Under the pieces are notes generated by a model. The model ran no database searches and was not told the origin of the DNA. It saw nothing but the letters and a program-made list of their open reading frames with translations. The position numbers were made by a program, and so were the translations under genes. From contig OZ024752.1 in the NCBI GenBank assembly GCA_964016885.1, forward strand, positions 28,582,001 to 28,646,000: a DNA stretch of 64,000 nt, written 5' to 3'. This document shows positions 40,609 to 52,854 of this stretch, piece by piece. Position 1 is the first letter of the stretch. Every line of letters begins with the position of its first letter. This stretch comes from Eledone cirrhosa. Its lineage: Eukaryota.

Positions 40609-41525
40609 ATGCTCAGAACTGTACTGAAGGAGGGGACAGTAGGCCAGGGGATGTCCAAGGAGGAAATAACATCAAGGAGGAAGAGCAGCCTTAAGGGAAA
40701 ATCCCTTCATAGTACCTTCTTTGAGAAAACTGAATTTAGAGATCCACAGACATGGAACTGGTTGAGAAGAGGAGACCTCAAAAAGGCTACAGAAGGAATG
40801 CTAATGGCTGCGCAGGAGCAGGCCCTCAAAACGAAGTGGTTGAAGCACCATATCTACAAGGAGGAGGCTAGCCCACTGTGCAGGATCTGTGGAGAGAGAG
40901 AGGAGACTATGGCTCACATTGTGTCCGAGTGTAAACACCTAGCCCAGACCCACTATAAGGGCTGGAGACACGATGTGATGGACAGGGTGATCCACTGGCA
41001 CCTGTGCAAAGTAAACAATTTACCACATTCTGAGAAATGGTATGAGCATAGGCCAGAGGCGGTGATGGAGAACAATCAGGTGAAGGTGCTGTGGGATTTT
41101 AGGATACAGACGGACAAAAAACTGGAACACAATAGACCTGACCTGGTGGTTGTGGACAAAGAAAAAAGATCGTGTCTGATTGTGGATGTGGCCTGCCCGT
41201 TCGACACGAGAGTGCAAGAGAAGGAGAGGGAGAAAATTAACCGATACCAGGACCTAAAGTGGGAGGTGAAAAGGATCTGGAACTGCCATGAAGTCAAAGT
41301 GATCCCGATTGTCATAGGCGCACTGGGGACTATCTCCAAAAGTTTCCAGGGATGGTTAAAGAAAATCGGCCCCTTCACGCTTTTTGGAAAGCTTCAAAAG
41401 GCATGCTTGCTTGGAACAGCAAGAACCCTCCGATACGTCCTGAATACCTGAGGCTGCAGGTAGTGGCTTGATATTCAATCCAACGGACTTTCCAGTTAAC
41501 CAACATCAATGACTGAGATTCAAGG
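40609..41525 (+). mobile_element. 5'-truncated R4/Dong-clade non-LTR retrotransposon (CCHC + restriction-like endonuclease; ORF 40609-41451)
   Basis: CRICGEREETMAHIVSEC zinc knuckle, RHD, RPDLVVVD..DVACP, KINRYQDL, VIPIVIGALG; flanked by (AAT)n. Confidence 0.9.
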
Positions 41526-41534
41526 AATAACAAC

Positions 41535-41583
<49 letters not shown>

Positions 41584-41825
41584 TTTTCTTTATTAACCAC
41601 AAGGGTTCACATAAAGTAGACATTAAGGACAGTACAGGACAATACAGGACGGTACAAATGGGCATTTCTGCGTGTAAAAAAACAGAGGTTGAAATAAAAT
41701 AACAAAGAAAAATTCCCCAATAGGGGGGAGACTTCCAAGGGACATTTGTGAAGAAAGCCCATTAAAAGACCACAGTGGCCCTGACCACCAGGGCAAGTGC
41801 CCTCTCCCAGTTTTCCACCTTTAAT

Positions 41826-44800
41826 TTACAGACACATACTCAGAGAAGGCCCATTCATTCGGGCCATACTTGCTTCTCTCACCCATCTTTCAACAAAATG
41901 CTGGGAAGAGAGCACTTCCCTCTCTACCCTGATTTTCCTTTTCAAATGAAATTTGAAAAAGTTAATCAGGGCATCACCGAAGAGGTAAGTGCTCGTCTTC
42001 AGCCCTTTCAAACGTGTCCACCATACTATCTCTTTCGCCATGGCCACCAGACAGATAAAAACTGCCTGCCCTTCCAGGCTAAAGGAAGGGGGCGGGACAA
42101 TCCTCACGATGGACTCAGCTGATAGCCGGATCCGTCCTACACGTGACAGCAGGTGTTCGACATAAACCCACAAGTCAGCAATGCTCGGACACTGGACGAG
42201 TGCGTGCAGGACGGTTTCGTCGCCCTGCGCGCATCTCGGACATGCCCGGCTGACGGCACCTCCATGCCTGTAGAGTTTATCCCGAACTGGCAAAGCTCCT
42301 CGGTAGCACTGCCAGGCCAGGGATTTCTGGAAGTTGTCCCTAGGCCCCGGCCCGAAAGTCCTTCCGAAGAGATTGGCTAGTTGATTTTCGTCGACGCCTA
42401 GAGTTTCTCCAAGTACGTCGTCGCTCTTCCCCTCCACTAATCCCCTATAGAACGCCAAGGTGGAGTTTCCACCGATCACATTGCCCGATTGGTCGAGGGC
42501 TGTGAGCGCCTGAAGACATTTCAGTCTCCAAGCGCTCCCTCTCGGTCTTCGCTTGATCCAGGACTGCAGCTCCGTCAAGGAGACGAGCTGGGGAAAAACG
42601 CGTCTTGCAAACGGCGACCACACCTGATCACCGTCGAGGAAGAGGTGGAGATGTCGTAGCCTGAGCGCGTGTCTGCGCATCATCAGCCACGGCATGCCCA
42701 GCCCTCCACGTAGCGGGTGTTGACAGCAGATGGACCGCCTGACCATCGGAGCGCGTCCCTTCCACAAGAAGCGAAAGAGCAAACGCTCCAGCGCAGTCAG
42801 GCGGGGCTTAGGACAAGGTACGACGGTCAGGCGGTAGTAGATGACGGATGCGATGTACGCATTCGCCACCTCCGCTCGACCTTTCAGGGATAGCTTCCTC
42901 TCGGCCCATTTCTGGGTGAGAGAAGCCACCCTGCTCGTCACCTCGTCCCAGTTTTTGTCCGTCTGGAGGTCTGGACCGAACCACACCCCTAGCAATTTAA
43001 CCAGTCCGTCCGTCCAGCGCCCGACGACGCTGTTGGACGGCATGGACCTGCCTCTCCAGGTGCCGAGCTGCAGGCCCACTGACTTTTCCTGGTTGATCAT
43101 TGCTCCTGTCACCGCTTCGTATTCTCTTAGTGTAGTGCCGATCGCTTCGATGTGTTTGGCGTTCGACACCACTACGGTGACATCGTCGGCATATGCTGAC
43201 ACGGATCTTCCGCATCCTAGTTCGCGCGGGACCCCCTCAACATCTCCAGTTTGTGCAGTAATGGCTCGAGAGTCAATACGTACAATAGGGACGAGAGGGG
43301 ACATCCTTGGCGGACCGAGTGCATGATGTTGAACGGTTCCGAAAGGTGACCGTTCACTCTCACTACAGAGCAGATGTCGCTGTGCATGGCAGCGATCCAG
43401 CCTCTGAAGACGGGCCCAAAGCCAGCCGCCCTCAGGACTGCCGCTAGGTAACGATGGTCGACCCTATCGAAGGCTTTCGACTGATCTAAATTGATCAAAA
43501 ACCCACCCGTGCCAGGTTCCTTAGCTACCCTCTCTACGATGTATCGCATGAGGTGGAGGTTGTCGTGGATGGATCTGTCGGGAATGGCGCATGTCTGTGC
43601 CTCTCCCACCAGACCACCAACGACAAGCGCCAACCTCTTTGCTAGCACCTTGGCCAAAATCTTGAACTCTGTGTTTAGCAGAGTTATGGGCCTAAAATTA
43701 TCTATGTTATCCCCCTTGTTCCCATCCTTTCTCAGCAGCGCCACCGCTCCTCGGCTCACAGAGCTGGGAATTCTCCCGTTCTGTTGCCAGTTGCAGTAGA
43801 CGTCCGCCAAGAGGCCTCCGAACAAGTTTGGCATTTGTACGTAAAGTTCATAGGGCAGACCATCCAAACCAGACGATTTACCCCTTGTGCAACTAGTCAT
43901 TGTATCCCGTACTTCAGCGGTTGTTATCGGCTTTTCGCAACACTCCGCCTCAGTGGCCGAAAGCCGCGGCAGTCCGTCGAGGTAGACACTAAAGTCCATC
44001 CCTCGATCCGGCCCGCCACTGCCCCCGAACAGCTGAGCGAAGTGTCGCTGAAAAGCTTCACACATTTGCCCGGGATCGAGTAGCATGCGCCCGTCGTGGT
44101 CCACCAAAGACCGGATCGTGGCTTTGTTGCCACGACGCGCCTCCGCCACTCGGGCCCATTGAACGGCTTTCGTCCCCTCGTGTCTGAGAGCACGCACCCT
44201 AGCTCTGACAACGCAGCCTTCGTGCTTTGCATTGAAGAATTGGTGAAGGGCCAATTTCGCCGCAAGTACGTCGGTCGCGATGCCTTTGCTAAGCGCCTCA
44301 TCTAATTTTCTAACTAATTCTCCCTCTGCTCTATTTTTCTCTATTGCTAAAGTCTTACTAAACCTAATGGACTCTATTCTAATTGCTCTTTTCAGAGCAA
44401 ACCACCACTTGTTGTTGACGATGGCCCCCGTCAACGCCCGCTTAACTAGTTCGCTAATCCGGTCTCTGTAGGCCTTGCGCGCTGGTAAGGACGCGTTTAG
44501 CTTCCAGTAGCCGGGTCCTTGTCTATGAAGCCTATCTAAGTCAAGCACACAGATCACGAATTTGTGGTCCGTGTAGCTGACTATCTTGAATTGTGGACAG
44601 CCTATGCTAGACCTATCTATTTCCCTACAAAATACTCTATCTAGATATGATCTGGATGACCCTATGCGATTTGTCCAAGTCCACATTGGTACATTCGGGA
44701 AATCCATTCGGTACCTGTCAGACAGTTCAAAACGTCTGAGCAGGTTGGTGAGACTCTTGCACCCTCCTTCCCTATCCACTAATCCCTCACAATCCCAGCG

Positions 44801-45244
44801 TGCATCTAAGATCCCGTTCCAGTCGCCCACTAACACTAAAGAGCGGGACGTTCCAAGAAAGGTCTCCAGACGCCGGAAGAAATCAGGCCGCCCTGCTCCT
44901 GTCGGGGCATAGACGGCCACTAACCTGAAAGCTTGCCCGTCTCCGCTGGTCACGTCCAGCACCACCAACTTACCTTCTGGGTCCAGGAAGATGGCCCGTA
45001 TGGCAAGATCCAAACCTCTCCGAAAAAGCACAGCAACTCCTCCCCCCGATCCCGGACGGCTGGGAGATGCGTACACATCGTAGCCGCCGAAGATCGGTGC
45101 GAAAGCCTGTGCTTCGGAGATTCTGGTCTCGCTGATGGCCACTACATCTATGTTTAGTGACCTGAGGTCGTTGAGCAGGTGGCCCTGCTTCCATGACGAC
45201 CCCAAGCCACGCGCATTTATGCTGCCTATTCTGAGTGAGGTCAT
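41826..45244 (-). CDS. LINE ORF2 (AP endonuclease + reverse transcriptase + C-terminal zinc finger), one frameshift near 43230
   Basis: SINARGL, GDWN, YLDRVF, YTDH; GLDG, FRPITLLN, DQSKAFDRV, RQGCPLS, YADD; CPRC...H...C. Confidence 0.88.
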
Positions 45245-45278
45245 GTTGAAAAGGAGTGGAAAAGATGGGAAAGACCAC

Positions 45279-47274
45279 TTACCTTACTTCTCGTAGGGGA
45301 AGGACGGCTTTTCCATCCTTTTCACTGCTTGTGGCCTCCTCAGGAAGGATGTCCTTATAAATCCTCCTGGAGAGTGCTTGTCGGAAGTCTCCGATGTCTT
45401 TGGGGAATTTTTGTTTTAGTGTCATGTACGTTTTCTGTGTGATGCGAGTGATTTGTATGTGTGGAGGTGGTGTGAATTTTGGGGTTGTTGTGTAGTCTTT
45501 TTCTGTGATGCTGGTGTTGTGTTGGATGTAGTGTAATAATTGCTTGTTGTTCAAATTTAATGCTGTGTAGTGTGTATCGTTTTGGTTGTTTTGTTTTGTT
45601 TGCGTTTGTTGTGGGTTTGTTTCTGTTTCGCATTTTGGTGACTTTTGTGGTGTAGGTGATGGTGGTGTTGGAGTTAATGATGGTGATGGTGTTGGTGTTT
45701 GGGTTGATGGGGTTGGTGATGCTGGTGTGGATGGTGGCATATCTGTCCTAACTTTTTTGTTTCTTAGTTTATTTGTTTCCCTCTGTATTTTGTTTTTGGA
45801 GGGGGAAGGAAGAGAATTTTTTCTTTTTTGGTTTCTTTTTTTTTTCCGGATATCGTTTCCCACTCCTCGTCGTCACAATCTGTCTCCAGTTGTGATAGGC
45901 CGGGGAGTGGAAAATCCTCCACAGCCGTAGGTTTTGGTTGTGGTGTGGTGGATGGTGTAGGCGCTGGTGCTAGTTCTGAAGCGTTGGGTGGTGGTGGTGT
46001 TGGTTTTGCTGGTGGTGGTAGTGGTGTTGGTTTTGCTACTGTTGCTGGGGTTGTTGCTGTTATAGTTGCTTCTGTTGTTGCTGCTACAGTTGTTGCTGCC
46101 ATCTCTGCTACTGGTGGTGTTGATGGTTGTGTCACTGGGGTGGGTAGGAGAGGTGGCCTCAACCTTTTAGCCTGAGGGCAGAAAGCCCTTAGGTGGGTTC
46201 CTTCACCACAAACGACACACCTAGGTCTTCTGCCCTCGACAATTACCGTGAGGTGGCTGCCGTCAGTGAGGTCTATTACCTCTGGGATCTCCTCAATGCT
46301 TTTTTGGTCCGCTTGGATCAGGAGCTCCATCCCAGATCCGGACCAGTTCTCCTGCTTTTCTTTTGCTATTGCTATTATTTTTGTGTTGGCTTCGATGCCG
46401 GCGAGGACGGCCGCTATTAGCCAGTGAATTTCGATGGCCGGTGGAACGTGGGTCACCCTGATCTTTACGAGTCTCTGGCCACAATAGCTTGGGACGAGTG
46501 TGAAGTCGTCACTTCTTAATGGGGCCATGGAGTGTTCTCTAGCCTCCTCTGGTGTTTCAAAGAACACGTCCACGGTTCCATACTGCTGCCCACGTCTGAT
46601 GTGGGTTTTTCTTGCCCACACATGTCCCAAAGCTTTTTGGATTTGGGACTCGGATGCCCGTTCCACTCGGCGCGATTTTACATTTATTGTTCGATACGAC
46701 ACGGTGCATAGGCGCCGATGCTCCATTTTATTAGGTGGGGGGTGAGGCTGACCCTGTACCCATCTTTCTTTACCATTTGTTTGGCATTTTCTAAATCCTC
46801 CTGAGTTACCGTAAATGCTTCGAACTGTTTTGCTACTCTGGCGAAACTGAGGGTCGTTTTTATAATGTCATTGTTGTTGTTGTTGCTATCGTTATTTGTG
46901 TTAATATTAATTTTAGTTTCAGTTGTGGTGGTGGTGACGTCAGTCGTCTTTGGTGGGGAAGAGTCCATTTTGCTTGATTTCATTTCGACATCACGAGTTA
47001 ATTTATTTTTTTCTTCTTTTGTTTCTGTTGTCGCGGTGGTGGTGGGGGTGGGGGTTGTCGCGGTGGTGGTGGTGGTGGTGGAGGCTTTAACACCTGCAGT
47101 CATTGGTAATGGCGGGAAATGAATGTCTGCCTGAGACAAATTTAAAATATTGGTACTGCTTATATTTTTTTTTGTGTTGGCAAACGTAGTAACATTTACA
47201 ATGGTGGTGTCGGTGTGAGGTGTTAATTTGTGAGGAAGGCTTTCAGCTGCTTGGTGCAGAGGTGAATTAGCCAT
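45279..47274 (-). CDS. LINE ORF1 (gag-like, CCHC knuckle), split by frameshifts at homopolymer runs near 46740 and 45840
   Basis: CVVCGEGTHLRAFC; Pro/Thr-rich linkers; three overlapping ORFs in the track. Confidence 0.75.
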
Positions 47275-47482
47275 TTTTTTTCAAAGAAATTTTTGATAAT
47301 AATAAAAGTTTAAATTTTGGGCACAAGGCCCCAATCTTTTTGGGTGTCCTTTTCGGAAAACAATGTATGTGCGCTTATATATGGTTAACAATAAACATTT
47401 TCCATAAATGGCAATTTTTAACAAACGGAAATAACAAACCTTTGCGGAGCTCACGATGATACGATTTACTACGTAGGTCGCC

Positions 47483-47532
<50 letters not shown>

Positions 47533-47579
47533 CTAACTTGTGATTGGAAATTGGTAGATGGAAACTTCAGAAGACCATC

Positions 47580-48270
<691 letters not shown>

Positions 48271-48780
48271 TGCTTCTGGCCGTGTCTGTTTTTATGTCCC
48301 GATAATTGACTAAACACAAGGCATTGCCCCATCATGGCCGTAGTCTACTGACAGGAATCAGTAAAACAGTGAAAGAGTAAAAGAAAAGAATATGGTAATA
48401 ATGACGTTTGTAGTGTTCATGATGAAAGCTAAAATACAAATAAAGATAAAAATATATAGAAAAGCAAAAAGACAGATACGAAAACAAAATTTGTAATAGA
48501 GGTGAACCTATGAAATGTGAATATAAATTAGGAAGAGGAATAAATATATATAAGTGAGATAAAGATTAGATAAATAGATAGACAGATATTTGAAATAGGG
48601 AGATTTGTTGATAGAAAAACAGAAGCTGGTAGAGACTGTGTCAGTGATGGTGATGATTAGGAAACGAAAGTTAATGAAAGGATGATAAATAGATAACTAG
48701 ACAAGATTGTCTGCTAGTAAAATCATCCCGTCCATCCATATATGAATACTAATAACTTATATATATAGAGAGAGAAAATG

Positions 48781-49131
48781 AGTCAGGACCCCGACGGCTG
48801 GGCTCTAAGTATTGAGTACTCTCGTGCGTTATGGTTCACCTGGTATCTTACCACACTCTTTTTTGTAAGCAAAGAATCGCTGCTTTCATCCTTAACGGGA
48901 TCTTCTGAAACTAAAAACATATATATATATATAACGAAGGAGGTGTAGTAAGGAACCAGATGGACCATAACGCACCAGAGTACTCAATACATAGGGTAGT
49001 AGAGTGGGTAATAGGGAAATGTTTGACCCCGACAGCAGAGCTCGAACCGTTTTCGACGGCTATTTCTGGACTAGTCCAGAAATAGCCATCGAAATGGCTC
49101 GAGCTCTGCCGTCGGGGTCAAACATTTCCCT
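48781..49131. mobile_element. Cluster of fold-back/HHR mini-elements (1234 family and 3779 family)
   Basis: Palindrome 49011-49131 centred on ctggACTAGTccag; minus-strand CAGAAGA HHR core 48866-48912 lacking the 3' strand of stem I. Confidence 0.7.
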
Positions 49132-49203
49132 ATATATATATATATATATATAAGTATGTACGTATGTATGTGTGTCTGTATGTATGTACGTACGTATGTA
49201 TGA

Positions 49204-49243
<40 letters not shown>

Positions 49244-49479
49244 GTTTCTACTTTAGGCACAAGGCCAGCAATTACCCAGTGCATTACTGGTACTTTATTT
49301 CATCGACCCCGTAAGGATGAAAGGCAAAGTCAACCTCGGCGGGATTTGAACTCAGATCGTAAAGGGACGTAACTATGCTGGAAAGCATGGCGTCCGACCC
49401 TCTACCGATACTGCCAATCCACCGCCCTTTTTATATATATTATATATATATATATATATATAATAACTAGGGGCTGACG

Positions 49480-49710
49480 GGAGAAATCAGGAAACTGTGG
49501 GAAATCAGACACGTAGAGGTGGTACCGATTGTGGTTGATGCACTGGGAGTAGTTAGAAGAAGGTTAGATGCATGGCTTGAGAAGCTAGCAATTAACACCA
49601 GGACAGGATTGTTACAGAAAACATCCCAGCTAGGAACAGGAAGAATTCTAAGGGTGTTGGAGATTGTCTGCTAGTAGAGTCATCCCGTCCATCAATACAT
49701 GAACACTAAT
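49480..49710 (+). mobile_element. Degenerate R4-like RLE LINE 3' fragment
   Basis: EIRKLWEIRHVEVVPIVVDALG...LLQKTSQLGTGRILRVLE. Confidence 0.65.
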
Positions 49711-49891
49711 AACGTATATATATATAGAGAGAGAGGGTGAAGTAGGAAGAATGACCCAAAGGAGCTTTGGTCATTGGCTATGGTTCACTCTTTTAGTATA
49801 GTGCCGGTATAACATCTGTTAGAACAAAATCTATGACTCACGTTTGCCTCCATGTCAACAAATTGATTTAAATTCTCTACTATATATATAT

Positions 49892-50002
<111 letters not shown>

Positions 50003-50093
50003 TATACATATATATATGTATATATATGTATATGTATATATGTATATATATATATAGTAGAGAATTTAAATCAATTTGTTGATATATATATGT

Positions 50094-50133
<40 letters not shown>

Positions 50134-50137
<4 letters not shown>

Positions 50138-51185
50138 GGTAACAAAATATCGTTTATAGGTAATCGAGTTAGAGGTTGGGATTACTTATTATTATGGATA
50201 GCTTTAGCGTACGGCGTTGTTTGACTCAACAAAAGGTTTACGTAGATGACGAGTTTATGATTTCACTTGTATTCCTATGTAAGTTTATTCCTATGTAAGT
50301 TTGTCTTGGAGAAATATAATTGAAAATGTGGAGAATAACATGGTCAACAGTACAAAAAAGCAGATTTATTTGCAGTCTAACAATTGTTTCACTGATAGAG
50401 TTGTCTAAAAATTGCTGAACACTAAAAGCAGTGCCACTCAATTTTAAATACGATGTTAACTCTACTAGATCATCGGAAACTGATTAAAACATATATGTGT
50501 AACCGGCAAATTTACAAATTCAAATTACATCATCAATAATAATATTAATAATAAAGATATAGAGAGAAAAGGAGGAAGTTCCATATTACAGAGACCACAG
50601 TGGGACATACCAATTTGATAGGCCTTTGCTTATGATAGCTTTGTCCAGCTGATTTTATATTCTATGTTTGCATCTTTAAGTTGCCAGGTTTTATTGGCGA
50701 GAGTCGTGGTCTTTGAGAGATTCCTGTTAGTCATAGAGAGTCTATGTACGTACCACCTTTTCTTAAACTCTCCAGCTGTGGAACCACTGTAATGCCATGC
50801 TAAGCTACCTGAATTCATAGTACATAGGTATACTATATTTGTCTCTAGACATCTGTTTTGTAAAGGGCATTTTCTTTTTCATTCTCCTTCTTTTTCCTTC
50901 CTTTCCTTTCTTTCTTTACTGTATCTATCTCCCTTTATTCCTCCTTTTCTCTCTATTATTAATATCATTATTGATGATGTAATTTGAATTTGTAAATTTG
51001 CCGGTTACACCTATATGTTTTGATCAGTTTCCGATGATCTAGTAGAGTTAACATCGTATTTAAAATTGAGTGACACTGCTTTAAGTGTTCACCAATCTTT
51101 AGACAACTCTATCAGTGAAACAATTGTTAGACTGCAAATAAATCCCCTTTTTTGTACTGTTGACCATGTTATTCTCCACTTTTTC

Positions 51186-51190
<5 letters not shown>
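50134..51190. mobile_element. Fold-back PLE fragment: GIY-YIG C-terminus on minus (about 50580-50875) with an HHR in both arms (50373-50482 minus; 51025-51134 plus)
   Basis: CPLQNRCLETNIVY...WHYSGSTAGEFKKRW...CGLC; cagttt-CCGATGA-80 nt stem II-GAAAC-AATT-GTT-agactg. Confidence 0.85.
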
Positions 51191-51225
<35 letters not shown>

Positions 51226-51366
51226 GAAAGGTATAGAAAGTATTGTAGCTAGAAGCCAACAGTATTCCATAATATATATATATATATCTTTGATGTCTTC
51301 CAAAAGTAACGGTTGCATTTTGAAAGGGTACGTCAATGTTTATTTATAAAACTGGTATATATATTG

Positions 51367-51431
51367 TATTTTGTCTGATGAAAGCATACCATAATTTAAC
51401 ATGGTATCCTTGAAATATGTATAATAAAATA
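51367..51431 (+). ncRNA. Type I HHR motif (578 family)
   Basis: tattttgt-CTGATGA-aag.ataccat...atggtat.ctt-GAAA-TATGTA-TA-ataaaata. Confidence 0.8.
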
Positions 51432-51581
51432 TATATGGTTTTATAAATATAGTTTCCATTTGTTAATATCGTATATTTACTCCAAATACTTGTCGAGTGC
51501 TTTATATCAGTTATAAAAATATTTGCTTGTTGTATTCCAACAATTTAAATAGAACTTTTGCATATATATATATATATATAA

Positions 51582-52714
51582 GAAGAGAAATAGGACGAAG
51601 GTAAACAGTTACAAAAGAATTTAATCCACGTATTAACAATTGTTTCATCAAAATTTTGTAATTGCCACCTTCCAGAGACTTGTCCATTGAATAACGAATG
51701 TTTGCGTTCAAACCTAGTGTACAGGTGCTCGGTTGAGTCGGGCAACCAAACCTGGCACTACATAGGCAACACTGCAAACACCTTCAAAACTCGTTGGGAC
51801 ACGCATCGTTACGCAATAAAGCACCACCAACACCGTTACGTAACGACTCTCGCCGACAAAATTTGGCACTTAAAAGGGTGTAACCGACAATACACCCTTA
51901 AATGGACCAAACTCTCACATGCTCCTCCATACCGGAGTGGGATGAAAACGTGCCCGTTGTGTAATAATGAGCTCTTCCATATCCTAAGCTCAAGCCACCA
52001 ACTACTCAACAACAAAATTGAAAGGTCAATTTTTTGCTAGCATAAACTGAAAGCGAAATTCTCACACTTCAAACCTTCAACCAAATCTTAACACTACCTA
52101 TCTTTCTACCCTAAATAACAATTCTACACCCCTAAAAATAGACTATATATGAAATTTAATACTTTCTTCCTTCATCTGTTCTCTGGTAAGACTTTCGCCT
52201 GTCCACTTCCAAATGCCTCTTAAAATTCTATCTTCCTTCTCTCTCCCTCTACTCATCACAACTTTTAGCACACAACCCTCCTCCACCTCCCTATACAAAT
52301 CCTCTCACACCACACTATCTCTTTCTCTTTCTCTCCCTACCTCCATCCCTTTTCTCTCTCTCCCTCTCTTTTGCTCCTCTCTCTCTGTGTTCCTCTATCT
52401 TACACTACTACCCCTTATTTCATTTCCTAAGGTCATTCCAACTTTGTATTTTGAAAATTCGGATGCTACAGTATCTTTCTTGATTGCCTATTATAACATA
52501 GTGTAGAAATAAATTCTGATGAAACAATTGTTAATACGTGGATTAAATTCTTTTGTAACTGTTTACCTTCGTCCTATTTCTCTTCTTTGATTACACTCCT
52601 CGTTTGTTCGTGTTTCCACTAGAGAATCCCTACCAACCTGTCGAGTCACCTTAACGTATGTTGAGAACTTTCCTCACAACTTGTTCTTCCAAGCTTTGGA
52701 ATACTCCTAATAAC

Positions 52715-52718
<4 letters not shown>
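51582..52718 (+). mobile_element. Fold-back PLE fragment: GIY-YIG endonuclease (about 51655-52090), 3' UTR and HHR (52446-52537), preceded by an inverted 3' piece (51582-51652)
   Basis: CNC..CPLNNECL..NLVY..WHYIG.T..FKTRW..H..CPLC; (TA)n on both sides. Confidence 0.88.
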
Positions 52719-52782
<64 letters not shown>

Positions 52783-52813
52783 CACAAGGCCAGCAATTTT
52801 TGGGGAGGCAAAG

Positions 52814-52854
<41 letters not shown>

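Larger units (their letters stand above)
41583..47482 (-). mobile_element. Near full-length Tx1/L1-type LINE inserted in (AAT)n
   Basis: ORF1 with CCHC knuckle; ORF2 with APE, RT and zinc finger; (AAT)n at both ends. Confidence 0.92.

Noticed and set aside
42841-46745. Plus-strand ORFs over the Tx1 element
   Set aside because: Antisense shadows of GC-rich coding sequence
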